Positions 1 to 8,943 of a stretch of 31,268 nt of DNA are shown in pieces. The position numbers were made by a program, and so were the translations under genes. The notes under the pieces were generated by a model. That model saw only the letters and a program-made list of their open reading frames with translations. It made no database searches and was not told the origin of the DNA. The DNA is from Candidatus Limnocylindria bacterium (GTDB lineage Bacteria > Chloroflexota > Limnocylindria > QHBO01), in contig JBBJNX010000001.1 in assembly GCA_037721115.1 (NCBI GenBank), positions 1 through 31,268 of the forward strand. Reading direction: 5' to 3'. Positions within the stretch are counted from its first letter, which is position 1; each line of letters opens with the position of its first letter.

Positions 1-108
1 GAGGAGGCTGGCCCTGTCCCGGAGGCCGCCCGGTTGGAGCGCGGCTGACGCTGGCACCGATCATCGCAAGTCCTGACGCCCGCCTGATCGGCGGCCCAGT
101 GTCCGTTC

Positions 109-1683
109 TCAGCGCGTGAGGCCGGAAGCCTCGTAGATTCGGTCGAGGACGTAGGTCCCATCGGTCTCGGGGTCGGTCAGGTTGGTCTGTGCCTGCTCGA
201 GCATGATGTACGGGTGCATGCGGGCCTGCGCAAGCTCGGTCCCGCGGAAGGCCAGCTCGAGCAGCACTCCTTCCTGCGTCTGCTGGCTCCACTCCTGGCC
301 GAACAGGAAATTGCCGTGACTGACCATGGTGAGGCTGTGATCACCGTCGTCGGTCGGCGTGATCTCGATCGGTCCCGACCAGTGCGTGCCGTGGCCGATC
401 ACGTGGTCGCAGCCGGCCTCGAAGAAGAACGCCTGCTGCCGTCGCATGTCGCCGAGGAACTGGGCGTGGTATTCACCGCCGCCCCACCATTGCGGCACGC
501 AGAACACGAGGTCGGCGCTCTCGCGAGCGAGTGCGACGGCCTCGGTCACGTTCTCGTCACGCAGCCAGAGGACGCCGGGCTGGCCCGGTCCTGCCTCCAG
601 CGAGCCGGGGATCTCGTTGAAGGCGACGAACCCGAATGTCATCCCGTTGACGTCGAGGAGGGCAGGCTCGAGCGCGGCAGCCAGGTCCGGGCCGGCGCCG
701 GTGGTCGGGATGCCCGCCGCCTCGAACTGCTCGAGGGTCTCGAGGAAGCCGGCGGTGCCGCGGTCGAACAGGTGATTGGCGGCAAGGGTCGCGACGTCCA
801 CGCCATAGGTGTCGCGCAGGCGCGGGAGCACTTGGGGATCGATGCTGAAGACGACGCCGTCGTTCACGGTGAAGTCATCGACCACCGGGCATTCGAAGTC
901 ATCGAGCGTGATGTCCGCGCCACGGACCAGCTCCGCCACGGCACCCTCGTTACCGGTGCGAACAGCGTCGACGATGTTGAAGCCGTTGCCGACGAAACCC
1001 TCCGGCACCGGGTTCGGGTAGACGGCGTTGTATGCCGCGGTCCCGCCGCCGAAGACCCAGTCCCAGCCGCGGCCCTGCGTGATCGCTGCGAACGCGACGC
1101 CTCGATCCGGGCATGAGTCGCCGAGGCTCATCAGCGTGCGAATCTCCGCCGGGTCATACGCCCAGCCGTCCGGCGGACCCTCGATGACGTTGGTGAATGG
1201 ATATGGCTTTGAGCGTGCCTCAGCGTTGCCGAACAGGTCCGCGCCGTCGACCGGCAGGACCTTGATGGTTGGTACCACGAGCCCCGCCGGCAGCAATGCC
1301 AGCTCTTCAGGATTCGCGATCAGATGCGGCACGATCTCGGTTGCGTCCAGGCAGCGTGGTACCGGGTTCATGGCGCTGAAGAGCTCGCAGGCCTGGATCA
1401 TCGTGTCTGCCTCGACCCCGGCCTCCACCTCGGCGGCGGTGACTGACGCCCTCGTATTGGTGTAGCCGGTCACGACTGCGAGCGGGACTTCGACGTCCGG
1501 GGCCCGAGTGGGCGTCGGTTCGGGCGTCGGAGTCGAGGTCGGGCTCGGCGTGGCGGATGGTGCGCTCGAGGAACTGGGCATACTCGAAGGCGGCGCGGAC
1601 GCCGATGGAGCTGGTGGCGCGCTGGTACAGGCGGCCAGAACGAGGAGAGTTGCGAGAGCGACCGTTCGGCGGGCGGTGGGCAT
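109..1683 (-). CDS. CapA-family (poly-gamma-glutamate synthesis-like, metallophosphatase fold) lipoprotein
   Basis: Start moved from 1737 to ATG 1683: MPTARRTVALATLLVLAAC is a signal peptide with an LAAC lipobox, followed by a Pro/Ser/Thr linker. The C-terminal half has CapA motifs GD, DFE, ANH, GGGEY, GHGTH and GNFLF. Confidence 0.8.
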   Translation of the reverse strand: MPTARRTVALATLLVLAACTSAPPAPSASAPPSSMPSSSSAPSATPSPTSTPTPEPTPTRAPDVEVPLAVVTGYTNTRASVTAAEVEAGVEADTMIQACELFSAMNPVPRCLDATEIVPHLIANPEELALLPAGLVVPTIKVLPVDGADLFGNAEARSKPYPFTNVIEGPPDGWAYDPAEIRTLMSLGDSCPDRGVAFAAITQGRGWDWVFGGGTAAYNAVYPNPVPEGFVGNGFNIVDAVRTGNEGAVAELVRGADITLDDFECPVVDDFTVNDGVVFSIDPQVLPRLRDTYGVDVATLAANHLFDRGTAGFLETLEQFEAAGIPTTGAGPDLAAALEPALLDVNGMTFGFVAFNEIPGSLEAGPGQPGVLWLRDENVTEAVALARESADLVFCVPQWWGGGEYHAQFLGDMRRQQAFFFEAGCDHVIGHGTHWSGPIEITPTDDGDHSLTMVSHGNFLFGQEWSQQTQEGVLLELAFRGTELAQARMHPYIMLEQAQTNLTDPETDGTYVLDRIYEASGLTR

Positions 1684-1783
1684 GAGCGGATGATGGTACC
1701 GGCTCACGCACGTTGAGGCTGGGGCGTGTAGTGGCACGGCCCGACAGACGCGTGAGAGGGCGGCGGTCTATCATCGTCGGCCC

Positions 1784-2077
1784 ATGACAGCTGACCAGCG
1801 CGCGTCCGCATTGGACTTCGGATCCGGAATATCCGACGATCACCATGACGGGATTCGCTGGGTCGACTACGCGAACATCAGCTGGAACCCGGTCTTCTGC
1901 AAGCGTTGCGACATCTGCGTCGAGATCTGCCCCAAGAACACGCTCGTCCTGCGCAACGACGCCATCATCGAGGAGGACAACTGCATCCTCTGCGGGCTGT
2001 GTGAGCGGTACTGCCCGGACCTCGCGATCGAAATGATTCCGTCTGCCGTGGTCGCGCATGCCGCCAAGGACCGATGA
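1784..2077 (+). CDS. 2x[4Fe-4S] ferredoxin-like delta subunit of 2-oxoacid:acceptor oxidoreductase
   Basis: CKRCDICVEICP and CILCGLCERYCP motifs; ATGA overlap with the alpha subunit. Confidence 0.9.
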   Translation: MTADQRASALDFGSGISDDHHDGIRWVDYANISWNPVFCKRCDICVEICPKNTLVLRNDAIIEEDNCILCGLCERYCPDLAIEMIPSAVVAHAAKDR

Positions 2078-3210
2078 CGCGCAAGCTGACGCAGGGGAAT
2101 GAGGCTGTCTTCCGCGGAGCTCTCGCCGCCGGGGCAAGCTATTACGCCGGCTATCCGATCAGCCCATCGACCGAGATCCTCAACGTCGCATCCGGGCACG
2201 CGGCCGACCATCCGGAGTTCCGTTTCCTCCAGGCCGAGGATGAGATTGCGAGCGCGAACGCGATCATCGGTGCCTCGCTCGCCGGCGCGAAGTCCTTCAC
2301 CGCGACCTCCGGCCCGGGCTTCAGCCTCATGCAGGAGGCCATCGGCTACGCGCAGAAGGTTGGCGTGCCGTGCGTCTTCGTGAACGTGATGCGGGTCGGT
2401 CCCGCCACCGGAATGCCGACGATGCCGGGCCAGGGCGACATCATGCAGGTCAAGTGGGGGAGCACCGGCGACTACACGCCCATCGCCTTCTATCCGAATG
2501 GCGTGGAGGAGGCGTTCCGGCTCACCGTGGACGCTTTCAACGCCGCGGAGGAGTCGCGCTCACCGGTGGTCGTGCTGTCCGACACGTTCGTGGCGCACCT
2601 CAACGAGGTTGTCGACCTGGACGCCATCGGCGCCGAGATCTCGGTCGCCCGCCGCGCCATCCCGCCGCTGGGCGAGTTCAGCGATGCGCCCCGCTTTTTC
2701 GCCGGGGTGCTCATGTACGAGCACGGCCCGAACGCCGGCGAGCCCGCCACCGCTGACGCCGACGAGTACCTGCGCCAGTTCTACGCGGCGAAGCATCGGC
2801 ATCTCGAGGTTGCGGAGCGGTACGCGTTTCATGAGCATGGCTGGAACGTCGAAGCCGATGTGCTGATCGTCTGCTACGGAATCGTGTCGCGGGTGGCGGC
2901 GCCGCTGCAGGACGAGTACGCCCTGTTTCGGCCGATCCGGATCTTTCCGGTGCTGGATGCGGAGCTGGCCGCAGTCGCTGCCCACTATCGCGAGATCGTG
3001 GTCGTCGAGGCCAACGACGGGCAGTACGCCGACCTGGTCGAGCTTGCCATCCACCGCGAGGTGAAGCGCGTGCCGCTGCTCGGTGGCCGGATCTCGCTCG
3101 AGGCGGTGCGCGAGGGGATCGATCGCGTGCTGTCCGGCGGACTCTCGGAACCGCCGATCCCACCTGAACCGTCGGACGCGCATCCGCGATCGCCGCTGGG
3201 AGTGGGCTGA
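2074..3210 (+). CDS. 2-oxoacid:ferredoxin oxidoreductase alpha subunit
   Basis: GNEA start, YPISPSTEI (YPITP-like), QAEDEIAS, TATSGPGFSLMQE and VNVMRVGPATG motifs. No fused gamma domain. Confidence 0.93.
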   Translation: MTRKLTQGNEAVFRGALAAGASYYAGYPISPSTEILNVASGHAADHPEFRFLQAEDEIASANAIIGASLAGAKSFTATSGPGFSLMQEAIGYAQKVGVPCVFVNVMRVGPATGMPTMPGQGDIMQVKWGSTGDYTPIAFYPNGVEEAFRLTVDAFNAAEESRSPVVVLSDTFVAHLNEVVDLDAIGAEISVARRAIPPLGEFSDAPRFFAGVLMYEHGPNAGEPATADADEYLRQFYAAKHRHLEVAERYAFHEHGWNVEADVLIVCYGIVSRVAAPLQDEYALFRPIRIFPVLDAELAAVAAHYREIVVVEANDGQYADLVELAIHREVKRVPLLGGRISLEAVREGIDRVLSGGLSEPPIPPEPSDAHPRSPLGVG

Positions 3211-3219
3211 TGAAATGGC

Positions 3220-4701
3220 TTGGGAGCATATACAGATTTACTCGGAACGCTGGCGGCTGCCACCATGCCTGAAGCGCCGATGGCGGAGATGACCTACAAG
3301 GATCGTCTCAAGCTCGACCTGTTCCCGACGATCTGGTGCCCGGGCTGCGGGATCGGCACGATCATGATGATGCTGGCCATGACCCTCGACGAGATGAAGC
3401 TCGACGAGCGCAACACGGTGATCGTCACCGGCATCGGCTGCACCGGGCGCATGGGTGGCTACCTCAAGCACGAGGCGGTCTACACCCTCCACGGGCGCAC
3501 CCTGCCCGTGGCGGAGGCCATCAAGACGGTCAGGCCGGAGATGAACGTGATCGTGGTGGCCGGTGATGGTGACACCGCCAGCATCGGCGGCAATCACCTG
3601 ATCCACGCCATTCGTCGCAACGCCCCGGTCACGGTGCTCTGCAACAACAACGAGATTTATGGTCTGACCGGCGGACAGACCGGGCCGACCACGCCGACCG
3701 GCACCAAGACGCTGTCCAGCCCGAGTGGCAACCCCAATACGCCGATCAATCTCCAGGGACTTGTTCGCTCCTCGACCCAGGCCCTGTACGCGAAGTCGAC
3801 GGTCTACCACCCGCTCCACCTGCGCAATGTTATCCGCGAGGCGATCGAGTGGCCGGGCTTCAGCTTCGTGGACATCACCAGCCAGTGCATCGAGAACAAC
3901 GGGCGACGCATCGGCTTCAGCTCCGCCAACGAGATGCTCACCTTCTACCGCAAGACCTACAAGCGAGCGCCGAAGGATGCGGAGAAGCTCAACGCATTCG
4001 AGATCGGGGTGGTCTATCCGGCCGATCATCCGACCACGAATGGCCATGCAGAGACCGATGCGCAGCGCCCGGTGGCGCTGCCGGAGCAGCCGGCGGGACC
4101 GATGGCGTCGGCAAGCGATTCGCCCGGTGACGGTGGCGCGACCGCACCCGAGGCCGCCACCCGCGTCGTCGAGCGCACCGATGACGAGAAGTCGCGGCGG
4201 CGAGCCGAATCGCAGGCGCGGGCGGCGCTCATGGGCCAGCTATCCGGCGACGTCAAGATGCGGGTAGCCAAGCGAGAGATCACGTTGCCGCAGGCACTCG
4301 CCGAGGTCGGGCTCGAAATTCCCGAGTGGCTGCACACCGGAGCCAGCGCACCCTCCGATGCGCCGGTCGCGCCGGGCGATGTCGAGCCGTCGGCAACCGG
4401 AGCCGATCCGGAGAGCGAGAGAAAGCCAGAGCTCGATGCTCAGAAGGCGGAATCCGCGGCGGAGGGCCGCGACCTCATCGGCGGCCAGGTCGGTGAGGAC
4501 ACGCAGCCGGCCGCGCCACGCACGGACGAGGACGCGCGACCCGCAACGGTCTCGAGCGATCCAAAGGAGGCGAAGCGAGCCGAGGCGCAGCGCAAGCTTG
4601 CACTCATGCAGCGACTGCCGTCCGAGCTGAAGTTGCGGGTGGCGAAGCGCGAGATCAGCCTCGAGGATGCCATGCGCGAGGCTGGGATCGACTCGCCATG
4701 A
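3220..4701 (+). CDS. 2-oxoacid:ferredoxin oxidoreductase beta (TPP-binding) subunit with long C-terminal extension
   Basis: WCPGCG, GIGC, HGRTLP, GDGD...NNEIYGLTGGQ TPP motif and SQC. The core ends near 4020 and an extension follows. The true start may be ATG 3265, 3280 or 3289. Confidence 0.92.
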   Translation: MGAYTDLLGTLAAATMPEAPMAEMTYKDRLKLDLFPTIWCPGCGIGTIMMMLAMTLDEMKLDERNTVIVTGIGCTGRMGGYLKHEAVYTLHGRTLPVAEAIKTVRPEMNVIVVAGDGDTASIGGNHLIHAIRRNAPVTVLCNNNEIYGLTGGQTGPTTPTGTKTLSSPSGNPNTPINLQGLVRSSTQALYAKSTVYHPLHLRNVIREAIEWPGFSFVDITSQCIENNGRRIGFSSANEMLTFYRKTYKRAPKDAEKLNAFEIGVVYPADHPTTNGHAETDAQRPVALPEQPAGPMASASDSPGDGGATAPEAATRVVERTDDEKSRRRAESQARAALMGQLSGDVKMRVAKREITLPQALAEVGLEIPEWLHTGASAPSDAPVAPGDVEPSATGADPESERKPELDAQKAESAAEGRDLIGGQVGEDTQPAAPRTDEDARPATVSSDPKEAKRAEAQRKLALMQRLPSELKLRVAKREISLEDAMREAGIDSP

Positions 4702-5315
4702 GTACGAAGATCGCGCTCGATGGGGTCGGCGGCCAGGGTGTGCGAGTCATCGCCGGCGTCATGGGCGCGCTCCTGGCCCGGATGGGCAAGCAAGTCACTG
4801 TCCTGTTCGACTACGACTCCTCCGTCCGAGGCAGCATGAGCGACGCCTTTCTCATCTTCGACGACGAGCCGATCGGCAATCCGGTGGTCGAGGAGGCGGA
4901 CATCATGCTCAAGCTGGCCGACAAGGGCCACCTGCGCATCAGCGGTCGAAAGGTGGTCGCCGACCTGGGGCTGGACGTGCCCGGCGCCGAGCAGATCCCG
5001 TTCGCCTCGCTCGGCAGCCAACACTTCGGCAAGGAGCTGTTCGGTAACATGATCGCGCTGGGGCGGCTGCTGCGCCTCGCGGAGATCGAGTTCGACGAGG
5101 CGGCCATCCGTGAATCGCTGCCGCGCCGCTTCGAGGACGACAATGTGGCCGCCATTCGCTTCGGCTTTGACCTGACCGCGGAGAGCATCCTGCGCTTCGC
5201 TCAGGCAGCTCCGCCATCTCGCTTCCAGATGAACACGGCTGCCACGACCGACACCCACGAGCGGACGACCAGTGCCGGGCACGGCGTGTCAGCCGGTCAG
5301 CCGCTGCGGGACTAG
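4698..5315 (+). CDS. 2-oxoacid:ferredoxin oxidoreductase gamma subunit
   Basis: KIALDGVGGQGV start, YDSSVRGSMS, NMIALG and NVAAIRFG motifs; ATGA overlap with the beta stop. Confidence 0.9.
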   Translation: MSTKIALDGVGGQGVRVIAGVMGALLARMGKQVTVLFDYDSSVRGSMSDAFLIFDDEPIGNPVVEEADIMLKLADKGHLRISGRKVVADLGLDVPGAEQIPFASLGSQHFGKELFGNMIALGRLLRLAEIEFDEAAIRESLPRRFEDDNVAAIRFGFDLTAESILRFAQAAPPSRFQMNTAATTDTHERTTSAGHGVSAGQPLRD

Positions 5316-5322
5316 GGCAGTC

Positions 5323-5511
5323 TCAGGGGGCGCTCTCGTCACCCTCTTCGTCAAGCTCTTCCTGGTCATCGCTCGGGCCGATGCCGTCCTCGTAGAGAGC
5401 GGGTTCGCTGCGGGATGACGGCAGCGGTGTTCCACCCTCGTTCTCGGGCGAGGTACAGCCGGCCAATAAGACGACGGCCGCGAGCACCGCCGCGGCAAGG
5501 AGTTGCTTCAT
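5323..5511 (-). CDS. Small (62 aa) acidic lipoprotein, unknown function
   Basis: MKQLLAAAVLAAVVLLAGC signal peptide with LAGC lipobox; GGGAGAG RBS upstream of ATG 5511; Asp/Glu-rich tail. Confidence 0.7.
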   Translation of the reverse strand: MKQLLAAAVLAAVVLLAGCTSPENEGGTPLPSSRSEPALYEDGIGPSDDQEELDEEGDESAP

Positions 5512-5623
5512 GTGTCTCTCCCTTGCACGTCGCTTGCCGAAGTCGCGCGACTGCGTCCTGCTGCCGGGCACAGGGCCAGCCCGATGGCGCTACGCCAGGG
5601 GCGACGCCCGCTAAGATCGGCCA

Positions 5624-5977
5624 ATGAAGAATGATCCGGTCATGACGAATCCCCAGTTCTATCGCGTCGTCATGGAGAACGACCGGGTGCGGGTGCTTGA
5701 ATATCGGGATCGCCCCGGCGATCGCACCACGCCGCATCAACATCCGGACAGCGTCATGTACACGCTCAGCGCCTTCCGACGTCGTCTCTTCACGGAAGGG
5801 CATGAGACGGAGGTGGAGCTTCAGGCGGGAGTGACGAGGTGGCTCAGCGCGCAGCAGCAAGCCGGAGAGAATGTCGGGGATTCGGAATCGCACGTGATCT
5901 TCGTCGAGCTCAAGGAGCAACGTTCGAATGTCTCCGGCGCCGATACGGCCTCCTCTCTTGGCCCCTCCGTAGCTTGA
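5624..5977 (+). CDS. Cupin-domain protein
   Basis: ENDRVRVLE...[16 protein letters not shown] cupin motif 1 and ENVG...HVIFVELK motif 2. Confidence 0.85.
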   Translation: MKNDPVMTNPQFYRVVMENDRVRVLEYRDRPGDRTTPHQHPDSVMYTLSAFRRRLFTEGHETEVELQAGVTRWLSAQQQAGENVGDSESHVIFVELKEQRSNVSGADTASSLGPSVA

Positions 5978-5981
5978 TCCG

Positions 5982-7085
5982 ATGGCGCCCGAGCTGACTC
6001 TCGAGGTCGCAAGGCGCGCCCCGAAGGTGTTGTTGCACGACCATCTCGACGGCGGTCTCCGACCGGGGACCGTGGTCGAGCTCGCGTCCGACATCGGCTA
6101 CCGAGAGCTGCCGACGACAGATTCGGACGAGCTGAGCCGATGGTTCACGCTGGGTGCAGACCGGAAGTCCCTCGAGCTCTACCTCGACGGATTTCGGCAC
6201 ACCGTTGCGGTCCTGCAGACGCGCGATGCGATCGAGCGGGTGGCTGCCGAGTGCGCCCAGGACCTTAGTGCCGACGGCATCGTGTACGCCGAGGTCCGCA
6301 TGGCTCCCGAGCTGCTGACCGATGGTGGGCTCTCGCTCGACGAAGCCGTGACGGCCATGCTCGACGGCTTCCGCACGGGGTCGGAGGGGCGGCCGATCAC
6401 GGTGGGTCTCATCCTCAGCGCGATGCGCCAGGCGGCGAGGTCGGTGGAGATCGCCGAGCTGGCGGTTCGTCATCGTGATGCTGGTGTCGTCGGCTTCGAC
6501 ATCGCCGGACCGGAGGCCGGCTATCCACCGACGCGGCATCTCGACGCATTCAACCTGATCGCGCACGAGAACTTCCATTTCACGATCCACGCCGGCGAGG
6601 CGTTCGGGCTGCCGTCGATCTGGGAGGCGCTGCAGTGGTGCGGCGCCGAGCGCCTCGGCCACGGGGTTCGGATCGTGGACGACATCACGGTGCGACCGGA
6701 CGGCCGCGTGGCCCTGGGCCGGCTCGCCTCCTACGTTCGCGACACTCGTGTGCCACTCGAGATGTGCCCGACCTCGAACGTACACACCGGGGCTGCGCCT
6801 TCGATCGCGGAGCATCCGATCGACCTGCTGCGCAGGCTGCGTTTCCGTGTGACGGTCAATACCGATAATCGGCTCATGAGCGGGATCTCGCTCAGCAGCG
6901 AGTTCGCGACGCTGGCGCACACGTTCGGGATCGGGGTCGATGACATGGAATGGCTGACCCTGAACGCCATGAAGTCGGCGTTCCTGCCGTTCGATGGCCG
7001 TCTCCAGATCATCAACGAACAGATCAAGCCAGGGTACGCGTCGTTGCGCGCTGCTCAGGCCGCTGCGGAGGTGGCGACCGCGTAG
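5982..7085 (+). CDS. add: Adenosine deaminase
   Basis: [31 protein letters not shown] and NTDN metal and catalytic motifs. Confidence 0.93.
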   Translation: MAPELTLEVARRAPKVLLHDHLDGGLRPGTVVELASDIGYRELPTTDSDELSRWFTLGADRKSLELYLDGFRHTVAVLQTRDAIERVAAECAQDLSADGIVYAEVRMAPELLTDGGLSLDEAVTAMLDGFRTGSEGRPITVGLILSAMRQAARSVEIAELAVRHRDAGVVGFDIAGPEAGYPPTRHLDAFNLIAHENFHFTIHAGEAFGLPSIWEALQWCGAERLGHGVRIVDDITVRPDGRVALGRLASYVRDTRVPLEMCPTSNVHTGAAPSIAEHPIDLLRRLRFRVTVNTDNRLMSGISLSSEFATLAHTFGIGVDDMEWLTLNAMKSAFLPFDGRLQIINEQIKPGYASLRAAQAAAEVATA

Positions 7086-7261
7086 CGGCGACAGGACCCA
7101 TGCCGACGGCCTCTGCCACCCGAGCCTCGCCGACCGCAGGCGATGAGCGGTGCTCGCCGTCACCGTCTTCTGCAGGTGGCAATTCCCATGCACTCCGGTG
7201 CAGTCTGGGGTGGAATGATGCGCGGGGGACACGTGCCCGTAAAGCGTACATACTGCCCAGC

Positions 7262-7306
7262 ACCAGCCTGCGCATCGCCCCTGTGCAGGCTGGTCGACTC
7301 GAGTCG
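7262..7306 (+). other. 13-bp hairpin directly followed by a 12-bp perfect palindrome upstream of DUF4331
   Basis: ACCAGCCTGCGCA (7262-7274) pairs with TGTGCAGGCTGGT (7282-7294) with one G-U pair. CGACTCGAGTCG lies at 7295-7306. No U-tract. Confidence 0.45.
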
Positions 7307-7380
7307 GCTCGAAAGGAGTGTGTCCGCGACCAATCGCCTCATCAGGTTCCCAGCCCATGCCAATCAAGGGGAATCAACTC

Positions 7381-8865
7381 ATGGCGACTTCTGCTACCGG
7401 GCTTCGTCGCCAGCACTACCTGATCGTGCTGGCAATCGCGGCCCTCCTGATTACCGCGCTCGTACCCGCCTCCCTCCGTGGCTCCAGCCACCGCGAGGCG
7501 CCGCTCATCGCCAAGGATCCGACCGCCGACAACACGGATCTGTATGCGTACGTCACCCCTGACGAGATGAGCACAGTGACGATCGTCGCGAACTTCATTC
7601 CCGTGGAGGAGCCGACCGGCGGTCCGTACTTCCACAACTTCGACGACAATGTGCTGTATGAGATCAAGGTCGACAACGATGGCGATGCCATCGAGGATCT
7701 GACGTATCAGTTCCGCTTCACCACCACGATCCTCAACCCGGCCACGTTCCTCTACAACACGGGCCCGATCACCTCGTTGGACGATCCTGACTTCAACTTC
7801 CGGCAGTCGTACATCGTGACGCTGGTCGAGGAAGGGAAGGCCCCGCGGATCTTGAACACCGACAACCGTCCGCTGCCCGTGCCTCCCGCGCACGTGGGTC
7901 CGCGCTCCACTCCGAATTACGCTGCCCTGGCCGATGCGGCGCAGCAGCGCCTGCGGGGCGGAACCGAAGTCTTCGCCGGTCCGCGTGACGATCCGTTCTT
8001 CGTCGATATCGGATCGATCTTTGATCTCGGCGGCCTTCGCCCCTTCAACCCGGCGCATATCATCCCGCTTGACCAGGCACCCGGAATCGACAGCGTGGGT
8101 GGCTTCAACGTGCACACCATCTCGCTCCAGGTTCCGCGCTCGCGTCTCGGGGCGGGTCGGGACAAGAACGACATCATCGGGATCTACGCCACCGCCAGCC
8201 GGCAGACCACCACCGTGCTCAACACGGATGGGACTGTCAGCACCGAGGGCGACTGGCAGCAGGTTTCCCGGCTCGGCATGCCGCTGATCAACGAGGTCGT
8301 GATCCCGGTTGGCATGAAGGACATGTGGAACGCCTCTGATCCTGTCGACGACGCCCAGTTCCTGGAGCACTACGAGACTCCTGAGCTGGCGGCGCTCGTC
8401 AACCTTCTGTACCCGTCGCTGCCGGATGCCCGGACGACCGATCGTGCGGACCTCGTTGCGATCCTTCTGACCGGCCTCAAGCTGCCTGACGGATCCGACT
8501 TCACCTTCACCGGCGAGACCCCTGCCGATCTCTTGCGGCTGAACATGGGAATCCCGCCATGCGAGGAGAACTGCTCGACACTTGGTGTCCTGGGTGGAGA
8601 TCTCGCCGGCTTCCCGAATGGCCGGCGTCTCACCGACGACGTCACTGACATCGAGCTTCGGGCGATCGCCGACGGCTACGGGCCGTTCGTGAACAGCCTG
8701 TTCGGGGACCTGACCCCGAACAACGAGCCGAACAACGACCTCGGTGACGGCGTCAACATGAATGACGTCGAGTTCATGGCTGATTTCCCGTTCCTGGCTC
8801 TACCGAACTCGGGATATGAGCATGGTCATCACCGCGTCGGCTCCACGACACCCGTGCCGCTCTAG
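7381..8865 (+). CDS. Secreted DUF4331-family protein
   Basis: Signal peptide then SSHREAP; DNTDLYAY, GPRDDPFFVD, QVSRLGMPLINEV and GFPNGRRLTDDV family motifs. RBS AAGGGG precedes ATG 7381. Confidence 0.88.
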   Translation: MATSATGLRRQHYLIVLAIAALLITALVPASLRGSSHREAPLIAKDPTADNTDLYAYVTPDEMSTVTIVANFIPVEEPTGGPYFHNFDDNVLYEIKVDNDGDAIEDLTYQFRFTTTILNPATFLYNTGPITSLDDPDFNFRQSYIVTLVEEGKAPRILNTDNRPLPVPPAHVGPRSTPNYAALADAAQQRLRGGTEVFAGPRDDPFFVDIGSIFDLGGLRPFNPAHIIPLDQAPGIDSVGGFNVHTISLQVPRSRLGAGRDKNDIIGIYATASRQTTTVLNTDGTVSTEGDWQQVSRLGMPLINEVVIPVGMKDMWNASDPVDDAQFLEHYETPELAALVNLLYPSLPDARTTDRADLVAILLTGLKLPDGSDFTFTGETPADLLRLNMGIPPCEENCSTLGVLGGDLAGFPNGRRLTDDVTDIELRAIADGYGPFVNSLFGDLTPNNEPNNDLGDGVNMNDVEFMADFPFLALPNSGYEHGHHRVGSTTPVPL

Positions 8866-8889
8866 ACGCTGACGGCAAGGGTATTTTCC

Positions 8890-8926
8890 AGGCCCAGGGG
8901 CCGGCGCCAGCCAACCCCTGGGCTTT
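8890..8926 (+). terminator. Terminator-like hairpin between DUF4331 and TPR genes
   Basis: GCCCAGGGG (8892-8900) / CCCCTGGGC (8915-8923) perfect 9-bp stem followed by only TTT. Confidence 0.5.
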
Positions 8927-8943
8927 GAGCAAACTGAGGAATC

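Noticed and set aside
1-48. Possible 3' end of a plus-strand CDS (EEAGPVPEAARLERG-stop)
   Set aside because: Only 15 codons are visible; it cannot be identified or confirmed.
8904-8916. 13-nt exact inverted match to 13305-13317 (GGTTGGCTGGCGC)
   Set aside because: A single GC-rich 13-mer without the rest of the repeat unit; plausible by chance.
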